DNA from: an uncultured delta proteobacterium
GTDB taxonomy: Bacteria > Myxococcota > Kuafuiibacteriia > Kuafuiibacteriales > Kuafuiibacteriaceae
Assembly (NCBI GenBank): GCA_963803435.1
Contig: CAWDML010000008.1
Span: 1 to 64,000 of the forward strand
Direction of reading: 5' to 3'
DNA length: 64,000 bases
How positions within the stretch are numbered: position 1 is the stretch's first letter; each line of letters begins with the position of its first letter. A program made the position numbers and the translations under genes. The notes below the pieces were generated by a model. The model ran no database searches. It was not told where the DNA came from and saw only the letters and a list, made by a program, of their open reading frames with translations. Shown here piece by piece: positions 18,245 through 29,600 of the stretch.

Positions 18245-19341
18245 CGCTTGCCACCCTTCGACGGCGCAGGGACGCGGACCTTGGTGACCGTTCCGTCGGC
18301 GTGGGCCCAGTCGAGGTCGGTCCGGATCCCGACATAGGAGGGGAAGCGGGGGACACCGGCCTCGGTCAGCTCCTGGTAGCGGAACGTGATCACCGCGCCG
18401 ATCGACGGCGGCTCCTCCCGCTCCCGATCGGAGAAGCCGGTACCCACCGAGAACTCGGTCCCGTCCTTGAGCTCGACCCGCAGCGCGCCGAGCCGTCCCT
18501 TGTGTCGCCCCGTCCCGGGGAGGTGCCCGATCACGAGCGCCTCGGAGTCGTGGAAGCTCTTCACCTTGAGGAGCGTGGTCGAGCGGCCCGTCACGTACTT
18601 CGAGCCGGGCTGGCGGAGCATCAACCCTTCGCCCCCGAGCTTCTCGACGCGCTCGAGCTCCTCTTTGAGGTGATCGTATCCGCGGCAGGGCCGATGGGCG
18701 ACCGGCAGCGCGAAGTCGGGTGAGTGATCCTCGACCATCGCCTCGATCCACTCGATGCGACGTTCGAACGCCTCGTCGCGCCGCGGCGCATCGAAGATCA
18801 GGTACCGGATCTGCTCCCACGCCTTGCTCTTGTCCTGCCGCCTGACCACGCTCACGGTCTTCTGGAAGGCGCCGCGGGCCATCCACAGCTCACCGTCGAG
18901 CGCGTCGCCGGGCAGGCCGTCGACGAACCAGTCGGGCGCGACGAACGTGTTGCCCTGGCGGGAGATGAACCTCTCCCCGTTCCAAAACGCGCGTACGCCG
19001 TCGAGCTTCTCGCTCATCCACCAGCCGGTGATGTCCGTCTCGTTGTCCCACTTGTGGGCGAGCAAGAGGCCGGGCTCGTCCGTCTTCGAGGAAGCGGTTC
19101 CGCCTGTCGCCGTGGAGCGGGGCGCGCGAGGGGTGCCGGCGTTCTCGGCGCCCACGCGCTCGGCCTCGGCCTCGAGCCCGCGGTACGCCTTGAGGTGCTT
19201 GCACGTGCGGCGCTCGATGCCGAGCGACTGGTGGCGCCAGGCGGGACAGCTGCAGGAATAGACGCCGCCCTCATTCTTGAGCGTGTACGTGCTCGAGGAG
19301 CCCTGGACATCCACCGATTCGCCGTCCTCGAGATCGGGCAT
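18241..19341 (-). CDS. ATP-dependent DNA ligase (minimal type) with N-terminal SWIM zinc finger
   Basis: SEKLDGVRA, LDGELW, EGLMLR, LLKVK and OB-fold GVPRFP; N-terminal CSCPAW...TCKH. Confidence 0.93.
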   Translation of the reverse strand: MPDLEDGESVDVQGSSSTYTLKNEGGVYSCSCPAWRHQSLGIERRTCKHLKAYRGLEAEAERVGAENAGTPRAPRSTATGGTASSKTDEPGLLLAHKWDNETDITGWWMSEKLDGVRAFWNGERFISRQGNTFVAPDWFVDGLPGDALDGELWMARGAFQKTVSVVRRQDKSKAWEQIRYLIFDAPRRDEAFERRIEWIEAMVEDHSPDFALPVAHRPCRGYDHLKEELERVEKLGGEGLMLRQPGSKYVTGRSTTLLKVKSFHDSEALVIGHLPGTGRHKGRLGALRVELKDGTEFSVGTGFSDREREEPPSIGAVITFRYQELTEAGVPRFPSYVGIRTDLDWAHADGTVTKVRVPAPSKGGKR

Positions 19342-19384
19342 GCGCGCATGTTCCTCGAAAGCGGGCGACCTGTAAAATGCATCC

Positions 19385-20593
19385 ATGAGCCCACGGACCG
19401 ATCTGCGCTGCAAGGGAGACGTGGAGCTCCGCGAGAAGCTGCTCGAAGACCGGGACATCGCGCAGGCCGTCGAGCGGGCACGCGCGGAGAAGGAGGCGGG
19501 CATCCGGAGGCGGCTGCTGGCGAGCGCGGTCCGGGTGACCGAGGACATGTCGCCGAAGCTCCACCGGATCGCGGAGGAGTGCCGGAGGCGGCTCGAGGTG
19601 GAGGCCGAGGTCGAGGTCTACGTCTTTCCCAGCCCCACGTTCAACGCCGCCTGCGTGAAGCCCGAGCAGGGGCGCGTGTTCGTGCTCCTGTCATCCAGCC
19701 TGGTGGAGGCCTTCGACGAGGACGAGCTCGAGTTCGTGATGGGTCACGAGCTCGGCCACCACATCTTCGATCACCACGAGCTCCCGATCGCGGAGCTCCT
19801 GCACGATGGCGGCATCGCCAATCAGCAGAACGCGCTGCGGCTGTTCGCGTGGTCCCGCTACGCCGAGATCTCGGCGGATCGCGCCGGTCTCGCCTGCACC
19901 CGCTCGATCGAACCGGCGGCGCGCGCCTTCTTCAAGCTGGCGTCGGGTCTGTCTGGGAACAAGATCGAGATGAACGCGGACGAGCTGATCGCCCAGCTCG
20001 GCGACATGAAGAGCGAGCTGGCGCGCGAACGGACCGAGGGCGATCTGCGGGACGCGCCGCACCACGACGACTGGTTCGCCTCCCATCCGTTCAGCCCGCT
20101 CCGCCTGCGCGCGGCCAAGGCGTTCGTGGAGTCGGAGCTGTTCGTCCCCGGCGGCCATCCGCGGGACGAGCTCGAGGCCGAGGTCAACGAGCTGATGTCG
20201 TTGATGGAGCCGGGCTACCTCGAAGAGCAGAGCGACGTGGCCGAGTCGATGCGCCGACTGCTGTTCACCGGCGGGATCCTGATCGCCGCCCAGGGCGGGA
20301 TCGACGATCGCGAGATCGCGATGATGGAGAAGCTGCTCGGGGCGGGACGGTTCCGGAAGGACATGAACGTCGACGCGCTGCGTCTCGATCTGCCGCGCCG
20401 GACCCGCGACGTGCGCGAGAACGTGCCGGCGCTCCGCAGGATGCAGGTGATCCGGGACCTCTGCCTGATCGCGCTCGCCGATCAGCGGGTCGACGAGAAC
20501 GAGCGGACCCTGCTGTACGAGATGGCGGAGCAGATCGGCGTGGCGAAGAGCCTGGTCGACCGAACGCTGGCACAAGGGCCAGGGCTGGACTGA
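19385..20593 (+). CDS. M48-family metallopeptidase with C-terminal TerB-like domain
   Basis: FNA, ELEFVMGHELGH, EISADR, SHP; C-terminus IAAQGGIDDRE...IALADQRVDENERTLLYEMAEQIGV matches the TerB pattern. Confidence 0.85.
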   Translation: MSPRTDLRCKGDVELREKLLEDRDIAQAVERARAEKEAGIRRRLLASAVRVTEDMSPKLHRIAEECRRRLEVEAEVEVYVFPSPTFNAACVKPEQGRVFVLLSSSLVEAFDEDELEFVMGHELGHHIFDHHELPIAELLHDGGIANQQNALRLFAWSRYAEISADRAGLACTRSIEPAARAFFKLASGLSGNKIEMNADELIAQLGDMKSELARERTEGDLRDAPHHDDWFASHPFSPLRLRAAKAFVESELFVPGGHPRDELEAEVNELMSLMEPGYLEEQSDVAESMRRLLFTGGILIAAQGGIDDREIAMMEKLLGAGRFRKDMNVDALRLDLPRRTRDVRENVPALRRMQVIRDLCLIALADQRVDENERTLLYEMAEQIGVAKSLVDRTLAQGPGLD

Positions 20594-20696
20594 AACTTCC
20601 TTTTCTTTTCATGAGTTGGTGTCATCGGTCGGGTAACGTAGTGTAGGTTGACGACATACGTTTCGTCGGCGACGCTGGAGAGGATCCGGGGGGAAC
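20594..20696 (+). promoter_or_regulatory. Probable promoter region of the AAA+/vWA operon
   Basis: Only sizeable gap before a 24 kb coupled run; locally AT-rich; TTGACG at 20648; GACGA-N8-TCGTC inverted repeat at 20650-20667; purine-rich RBS before GTG 20697. Confidence 0.35.
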
Positions 20697-23600
20697 GTGA
20701 GCGACATCCGCAAGTTCACGTTCCGGCCGCACGAGCGCGCGCAGGGGCCCGACGGAGATCCGAAGGGCAAGCCGGAGCGCGCCGCCGAGGACAAGGCCGA
20801 CCGCATCCTTCGCGACGTCTTCGCGATGACGCACCAGAGCGGGGAGGAGACGGATCAGGTCCGCTTTCGGGGCGGCGACGCGATGGCGGATCGCGCCCGC
20901 TTCGATCGGGTCCAGCTGACCGGGAACGCGCTCAAGGTCGCGGGCGAGACGTACTCCATCGGGGAGGGGGCGAGCCGCGGGATGACGCTGCTCGAGCCGA
21001 ACGAGCGGGTCATCTCCGCCATCGCCGGGGCGCTGTCCGCGAGGGAGTCGCTGCTGCTCTCGGCGGCGCCCGGGAGCGGGGCCGCGTTCGCCGCGCGCTG
21101 GTTCATGGAAGCGGTCGGAAAGCCCTACGAGCTGGAGCAGCTGTCGCGCAGCACCACGCTCGAGTCGCTCGTGGGCGCGCTCCGCCCGGAGGAGGACAAG
21201 GCGCTCCGGGTCAAGGACGGACCCCTGGTCCGCTGCATCCGCGACGGCGGCGTCATGATTGTCGACGGCATCGAGCGCGCCGATCCGCAGGTGCGGGCGG
21301 CGCTCAAGGCGCTGGCGAACGGCCTGAGGGCCTTCCACCACCCGATCAGCGGCGAGCTGATCCCGGTCCACGATAACTTCCGCTTGATCCTCATCGGCGA
21401 TCAGCGGGAGCGGCAGCTCGCCAAGGCGTTCGGGGTCGAGAGCGTCCGCGAGGTCCGGCCCTACAACGAGGCCGAGCACCAGCGCCTCGCTACCGAGACG
21501 CTCGGCCTCCCCGGTGAGCTAGCGGCGACGCTCGCCCGGTTCCAGACCAAGCTTCTCGAGCGGGTGTCGGAGTCCGACCTCGACTTCGGGCGCGGCTTTC
21601 CGCTCGGTTGGGAGCTGCTGGCGCGGGCGGGGCGGCGGCTCTCGAGGATGCAGCGGCGCGAGCCGGGAGACGTGGCGCGGGTCCTCCTCGGAGTGTACGG
21701 CGCCCGGCTCGATCGCACCGTGCAGCGGGAGAGCTTCGAGCAGCTGCTCCAGGATCTCGATCTCTGGCCTCCGGTGAACCCGCCGCCGGCGCGGAGCAAG
21801 GATCCCACGTTCGTTCACACGCCCCGGATCGATCGCGTGCTCGGCTTTGCGGAGCAGGCGCTGGCGGCGGGTGAGGTGGTGAACCTGCGCGCGCACGGGC
21901 AGAGCGGCGCGACGCGTCTGGTGGACGAGCTGGCCCGACGGCGCAACCAAGAGCTCGTCACCATCGTCGGCCACGCGGGCCTCGACACGCAGGCGCTCCT
22001 GGAGACGCCCACGTTCGACGACGAGGGCCGCCTCTACTTCAGGCCGGGTCGAATCACGCAGGCGCTGCTCGAGGGCAAGATCCTCTACGTCGATCACCTC
22101 GACCATCTCCCGCGCGAGCAGCAGAACGCCATCTTCCAGCTGCAACGGCAGAAGAAGATCCGGGTGCTCGAGGGTGATCGGATCGTGGAGAAGAGCGTGC
22201 ATCGCAACGCGCGCATCGTGCTCTCCACCACGATCGGCCACGTGCGCGGTCGCACGCCGCCCGAGTCGCGCGATCGCGCGACCGCCACCGAGATCTATCT
22301 CGAGTCGCCCTCGATCGAGGAGCTCGGCAGCCACCTGTCGGAGAGCATTCAGCGGCGGCCGGTGCTCGCGCACGCGATCCTGGATCTGGTTCGCGCGCTC
22401 GACCAGGAGCAGTCGGCCGGCTCGGTCGTGCGGCTCCAGCGCTTCCGCGATTTTGCCAACTCCGCGGAGCTCTTGGTCGAGAGCGGCATGCAGGTCGAGG
22501 AGGCCGTCGCGCGGGCGGCGCGCCTGGTCTACGTCCCGGTGAAGAGCGAGGCGCTCAAGAAGCTGGAGCGGGGCGGAGCGGGGAGGGCGGCTGATCCCCC
22601 GCTGTGGCGGCGCCTGCTCCAGCTCGAGCGCAAGGACGTGATCGAGGCGCTGGGGCCCACCAGCTATCGGATCACGGAGAGCATGAACGCGCATCTGGAC
22701 GCGCTGGCGATCGCGTATCGCCTGCACCGCCCGGTGCGCGCGGTCGGCCCGGCCAGCTCCGGCAAGACGGTGCTGGGGTCGGTGTTCGGGGCGCTGCTCG
22801 ACAAAGCGGTGGTGCGCACCAACTACTCGCAGGCGACCGAGGGACGCGATCTGGTGGGCGGAATGGCGCCGGTCAACGTCGAGGGCCGCACCGTGTTCCG
22901 CCACGTCGAGGGTCCGGCGATGCGGGCGGCCGAGCTTGGGGCGATCCTGATCGCGGACGAGTGGAACCTGTCGCGCCAGGGTCAGATGGCGCTGAAGTCG
23001 GCCCTCGACTACCGATCCAAGCTCATCGATCCCGAGAACGACTTCGAGCGCAGCTTCGCCACCTCCTTCTTCTACGCGGCCCAGAACAAGAACGACGCCG
23101 CGCTCGGACGGTTCGAACCGCCGCCCGAGGTCGCGGATTGCATGTTCACGGTGGTGATGGGCTCGCGCCCGGTCGAGGAGAAGATCGAGGTCGTGCTCTC
23201 CCAGTGCTCGCTGTCTCGCGAGTACGTGGCGCCGCTGGCCCACCTGTTCGGGGACGTCGAGATGCTGGTGGCCGAGGGGCGCCTGCGGTCGGCGGTCGCG
23301 CCCGTCACCTCGACCGAGCGCGATATCCTGAAGGCCGCCCGGACCGCGCTGCACCTGATCGAACGGGACGGGATCGAGGATCCCGAGGAGCGGCGGCGGC
23401 TGGTCGGCCGCGAGGTCTTCCGTCTGCTCCGCGATCAGCTCGGTGATCCGGCCGAGCGCGAGATGGTCCTGGGGCTGGTGCGGCGTCATCTGGGAGAGGA
23501 CGTCACGCCGCCGCCGCGGCCGCGCGCGATCGTGCGGTCGGACGGCATGGTGCAGATCGGCGCGGCGCGCTTCCCCATCCGCAAGCTCGACGACCCGAAG

Positions 23601-26600
23601 CTGAAGGACCTGGTGCCAAAGGCCGAGGGGCTGCGCGCGCCCGTGGGCGTGCAGTTCGAGTTCCTCGAGTCGGTCCTGCTCGGCGCCGAGATGGGCGAGC
23701 CGGTGGCCGCGCTCGGTACCACCGGGACCGGAAAGACGATGCTCATGAAGGTGCTCGCGCGCGAGCTGAATCAGCCCGTGCTCGAGCAACCGTTTCATGC
23801 CGACATGTCCGAGGAGCACCTGTTCGGGGCCCAGGTGGTGCGGCGGGACGGCGTGGTCGAGTTCCAGTACGGAGACCTCCCGTACGCGATCAAGCACGGC
23901 ATTTGGTACATCGGCGACGAGCCGACCACGCTGCGCAACAGCGTCCGCGAGAGCCTCAATCCGGTCACGGAGCGCTCCGAGATCCAGATCGCGCAGAAGC
24001 GCCCTTCCGAGCGGATCCTGGCCAAGGATTGGGATCCGAACTTCAGGTACTTCGAGACGACGAACGGTGACGACGTGCGGCAGGACGGCTATTCGCCGCC
24101 CGAGGCGAGCCGCCGCCGGATCATCGCGCTGGCGGAGCTGGAGTCGCTCGAGGAGTACCTCGAGGTCGGTCGTCGCGACTACGGCGGCCCGCGCCTGGAG
24201 GTCGAGCAGCTGAAGCGCACGCCCGAGAACCGGGAGGCGCTGGCGGCGGAGATCCTGGGCTGGCTCGACAAGCGCTCGCGCTTCGGCCGGGCCTTCACGC
24301 AGGCGATCGCGCAGTCGAGCGGGGAGGCGGAGCCCGCCCCGGCCGAGATCGATCGGGCGGACGTCCCTGCGCTCGACCTATCGCCCGAGCGCGTCGCGAA
24401 GATCGTCCAGGCCCTCGGGATCTTCACCTTCGAGAAGAAGGACGCGGCGACGGTGGCGCTGCTCAACGAGCTGCTCGCCGAGTCCACCGGCGGCTCAGTC
24501 TCGCTGGCCGCGGAGCATCTCGACCTCCAGGCCGTCCCGGCGCGGCTGAAGTATCGGCTGCTCTCGGCGTCGGTGGCGGAGGGTCGTCTGACCAACGGCT
24601 CGGAGGTGGATCGTGCCACCGAGCTGTTCTTCGAGCTGCGGGATCTCCAGAAGCACAGCCGCGACGAGAGTCTCACTCCGCTGACGCCGCGGATCTACTC
24701 CACGTTCATGGAGGTGATGATCGAGCTTCGCGAGCGCCGATCGTTCCCGTCGGCGGCGATGCGCGCCGCCGAGCTGATCCTCGCCCCGCTGCTCCCGGAC
24801 TCTCTGAAAGGGAAGTTGACGGCCCTGCTGCAGGACAAGGTCGGAACGGCCCACGATCTCGAGACGCGCGCGAAGGCCCCGGAGCAGGTGGGCAACTTCG
24901 TCCGGTTCGGCGACGTGATGGTGCCGTTCGGGACGGAGCGTCCCTGGAAGCCGTCGAACGAGCGCTACCCGCTGACCGAGCCTCGCTGCCGGAACCTCCA
25001 GGCCGTCTCGGAGACGATGGAGCTGGGGCGCGGCCGGCCCATCAGCATCACCGACGACGAGAACGGCGAGGCGCTGGAGACAATGCGCGAGTACGGCCGT
25101 CTCACCGGCCGTCCCGTCACCGTGGTCACGCTCCCGCCGAACGTCGAGCTGGAGCAGCTGCTCGAGAAGCTGGTGGTGGCGAAGGACAAGGTGGGCGGCT
25201 TCGAGCCGGAGCTGCAGCAGATCGCGCAGGCGATCCAGCAAGGCCACATCCTCGTGCTGCGGGGCTGCGGCAACGTCAGCTCGACGCGCCTCGAGCGGCT
25301 CAACTCGCTCGGCGACGGCCGGCAGGCGATCCGCCTCCCCGTCTCGGGCGAGTGGCTCAAAGCGCCGCCGGAGTTCCGGATGGTGCTGATGCGGGCCCCC
25401 GACTCGCTCGAGCGCTACTCGGCGGCGCTCGAGAACCGGCTCATCACGCCGCCGCTGACGACGCAGCAGTCGCCGAACACGGAAGAGGCGCGAGAGGCGC
25501 GGGCCGCCGAGCTGGCGGCGGTGCTGCGCGAGCGCTGCGCGATCAACGAGGAGGCCGCCGACAAGCTGGGCGTGTTCCACGTCTACCTCAACCACATGAT
25601 CCGGGAGGGGCGGTTCGCCTCGGGTCGAGCCGTCGGCGCGTTCCTCAACCGCGACGCCGAGCAGGTGGGGCGCCGGCTGGCCTGGCTGACGGAGCGCCAC
25701 GAGGTCGACGACGAGAGCGAGGCGCTCCTGACGCTGGTGATGGAGCTGTACGGCGAGCGCTTCAGCACGCCGATCGACCGCGAGCGGCTGCTCAAGCTGG
25801 CCCAGGATGCGTTCGCCACCGACTCCACCGGTCTGGAGCTCGGCGCCGAGGTGACGCCCGGACCCCAGCTCAACCGCGTCGGTCCCTGGGCGGTGGCGCG
25901 CGATCAGCGGGTTGCGCGGGATCAGCTGCCGAGCGCGGAGTCCGTGTTGCCCGAGGGTCCGGTGTTCGATCGCGTCCTGGAGAAGGTCGCGGCGGCGGCG
26001 CAGTTCGACGAGGTGATCCATCTGGCCGGCAACCAGTTCATCGGAGATGCGGCCGTCGCCTCGCTGGCGCGGCTGACGACGTCTCCGGTGATCGAGATCG
26101 AAGGCAACCGCGAGATCACCGAGGCCTACCTGTTCGGTGGGGTGGTACAGAACCAGAAGACCGGCGAGTTCGAGGATCACGAGGGGATCGTCTTCGAGGC
26201 GCAGCGGACCGGCGCGACGCTGGTGGTGCGGAACGCCTCCACGCTCTCTCCCGAGGTCTTGACGCGGCTGACCGAGATCGCGGCCACCGGTCACCTCCAG
26301 CGGGTGAAGGACAACAAGCTCGAGGTCCAGCCGCGAAGCTTCCGCCTGGTGCTGCGGACGAGCGACGGCGATCCTCCGCTGTCGAAGGAGCTGGCCGGGC
26401 TGTGCACCGTGGTGCGGGGACCCGAGATCACCGACCCGGTCGATCTGCGGGCGATGGCCGAGCACCAGCTCCGCCGGGTGGCGGGAGGCAAGCCGCTGGC
26501 GCGCAGCCTGGTCGACTTCCACGTGTACGCCGCCAAGAAGCTCGAAGACGAGTCGCAGCTCGGGCGGCAGGAGCTCGCGTTCGACAGCGCGCGTCTCGTC

Positions 26601-29600
26601 GAGGCCACCCGCGATCTGGCGGAGCGCGTGGTGGCGGATGGGTGGACGGTCGAGCGGGCGCTGGCCGACGTCGTCACCCGGCTCTACCTGCGTCCGACCG
26701 AGGGGCTGCAGCTCGAGGATGCCCTGCTCGGGCGGTTCGAGAAGATGACCACCGCGCTGGACGGGTGGCTCGAGGTGGAGCGGATCGCGCCGATCGATCT
26801 GGTCGAGAACCCGGAGGTCGACGCGCTCCGGCGCGACTACGGGAAGGTCGCAGGCGCCTTCTCGAGCGATTCTCTTCCGCGCCGCCGCCGATGCGCTGGA
26901 GGTCGCGCTGGATCAGCGGAAGGGGAGCGCCGCCGAGGCGTCGCTCCGAGCGCTGGTGGAGTCGGGGCTGCTGCCCAGCAAGCTGCACGAGCGCGGCGCG
27001 AAGCTGCTCGACGGCCTGCCCTGGGGTCGCCTCGACGAGGAGACCTCGAAGCAGCTGACGTCGTACGCGCGCGCGCTCACCCGGGAAGCGTCCACGGAGC
27101 AGCCCTTCGGAGAGTCGGTCCTCGGCTTCGTGCGCGGCGCGCGCGTCTGGGATCTCGAGTACCGGATCGAGATCGTGCGCCGGTACGAGGCGCTGTTCGG
27201 CGCGCTGGCGGACGAGGGCGGCGCGCTCGCCCGCGCCCGGCTGAGAGAGCTCGACGCGGTGCGCGAGCGCTTCGACTCGGCGTCCGCCGAGAGCCGGCTC
27301 GAGGAGGCGCGGCACGCCGTCGAGACGGCCGCGCGCGCGTTCAAGGAGCGCCGCGACCAGGAAGATCCGCAGACCTGGATGCTGTTCCGGCGGGTCCTGT
27401 CGACGTGGGATTCGGTGTCGACCAGCCCGATCTTCCGCCAGCACGCGCTTCCCGAGCTCAACGACCTGGAGCGGGCGCTGGTGGCGCTCGAGGAGGCCTA
27501 CGAGGCGCGCGGCGAGCCGATCGTGGAGCTGACGGAGCTCTCGGAGTCGATGCGGAGCGCGTCGCGAACGCTCGAGGGGATCCGGATCGCGGAGCAGTCG
27601 GCCGATTCTCAGAAACGGCATTCTCCGCTCGAACCAGAGCACCGAGCAGCTCGTCGGCTCGCTCAAGGAGGAGGTCGAGGAGCTCCGCCGGCTCGACCAG
27701 GCCCAGAAGGACTTTGCCCATCTCGATACCGTCGAGGCGGCGATCCGGCAGGCCGTCGATGAAGCGCTGTTCCTGCGGATGGATCCGTCGAAGGAGAAGA
27801 TCGATCGCCCGGAGAAGCGGAGCGAGGCCGAGATCCTGGACGAGGCGAAGGCTCGAGCCCAGCAGGAGGTGGACATTCGTGCCGCCGAGCTGGCGACGGA
27901 GCTGATGCGGCACGTGAACGGCGTCGCCTCCGAGGCGCGGGCCCAGGTCTCGACGTTCTTCGACGGCTATCGTCTCGATCTCGATCCACCGGCACAGCGT
28001 CCTCCGCTCACCGCCGCCGAGCGGGCGTACGCCGACGGTCTGGCCGCCAACGAGGACACCTGCGCTCGACTGCTCGCGAGCCGCACCAAGGAGATCGCGA
28101 AGTCGCTCCGGGCTGCGGACGACAAGCGCGTGGAACAGCTGCTCCAGGTGCGCGTCAAGCAGCGCGTGCAGGAGGTCGGGGCGCGGATCCAGAAGTCGGC
28201 CTCCGAGCTGCGGTCGGACATCCAGGCGATCACGGGCTCGCTCGAGCTCCCTCCCGAGCTGGCGGCCGAGGAGGCGCGGACGATCGCGCTCATCAACGAG
28301 GCGATCGCGAGCACGCGCGGTTGGATGGCGAAGACGGCCGAGGTCGCCGGCAAGGTCGCGCGCGGCATGCTCCGCATCGCGATCAACATCGGGAGCCTCG
28401 GCTTGCTCGACCTTCCGGACGACGACGTCCAGGCGGAGGGTCCGAGCCTCGACGAGGCCAAGGCGGCCGGCGCGGAGCTGCTGAGCAAGCTCCACCAGCA
28501 CGTGACCGAGCGGAAGAAGGCGCTGCCGGACTTCGGGCAGGCGCCCGCGCACGTGCAGAAGGCGGAGAGCCTGATCGATCAGCTGCTCGCGGCGGAGCGA
28601 CTGGGCGAGCTGGCCGCCAAGTTCACCAAGCTGGAGGCGCTCCGCGAGGCGGAGCCGGATCCCGACATCAAGCGCCAGCTCGGTGTGGTGCTGGCGCGGA
28701 TCAAGCAAGAGCGCGGCATGAAGGAGATGCTGGGGCAGGTCTCGGCGTTTTGTGAGGGTGCGGATCTGCTATCGGCGGAGGCCGCGAAGGGCGGCGTGGC
28801 GGTCGAGCTGGCCCCCGCCGTCGATGCGGTGATGCGGGCGGCGGAGGCGGTGCGCACCCAGTGGCTCGGCGCCGGCGCCTACAAGAAGACCGTGAGCGCG
28901 CTGGCGAGGGCGATCGAGCGGATCGATGAGCTGGCGCACAGCGCTCATCGGCTGCCGCAGGTGCTCGAGGTGGTACGCAGCGAGATGAAGGCGCTCTCGG
29001 ATCGAATCCACGAGATGTTCGCGGGCCGGAGCGATCTCCTGACCATCGAGAGCGGGAACTATCGCGAGATGCTCAAGAGCCTCAGCGGCGCCGACGGCGG
29101 TCAGAGCGCGGCCGAGTCGGTCGAGGCGGCGTTCGAGCCGATCGCACGCCTGCGCGAGATCCCGATCGCCCCCGAGCCGAACGTCGAGGCGCTGGTCGAT
29201 TGTCTGGATGAGATGGCGCGCGTCAGCACCGAAGTCGAGGCCGAGGATCGTCCCGAGCGCGCGGCCCGCCTCACCGTGATCGACGTGTCCTTCGATCGCA
29301 CCGCGGAGATCGACATCCCGGTGCTGCCGAAGAAGAAGGAGCCCCCGGAGACGGCGGCGGCGCGAGAGGAGGTGCGCGCGCTTCAGCTGCGCATCCTCGC
29401 GACCGCCTCGAACCTCGAGGATCGGGCGGCCGAGCGCTCCGGAGAGCTGTCGCGGGAGCGCGATCGGCTGCTCGCGATCCTCTCGCGCCTCGAGGATGGA
29501 GCCGCGGTGGAGGCGCTCGAGGGATGGAACGGGAGGGTCGAGGAGCTGCGCGCCGAGCTCGAGGCGCTGGCGGCGAGCCCCGAGGGCGTGCGGGGCTTCG

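Noticed and set aside
26855-27620. Programmed ribosomal frameshifting in the giant gene
   Set aside because: No slippery heptamer or homopolymer at either site, and similar indels occur in unrelated genes.
26870-27905. Arg-rich C-terminus of the 2402 aa ORF
   Set aside because: Out-of-frame read-through after the indel; the alternative frames give normal helical protein sequence.
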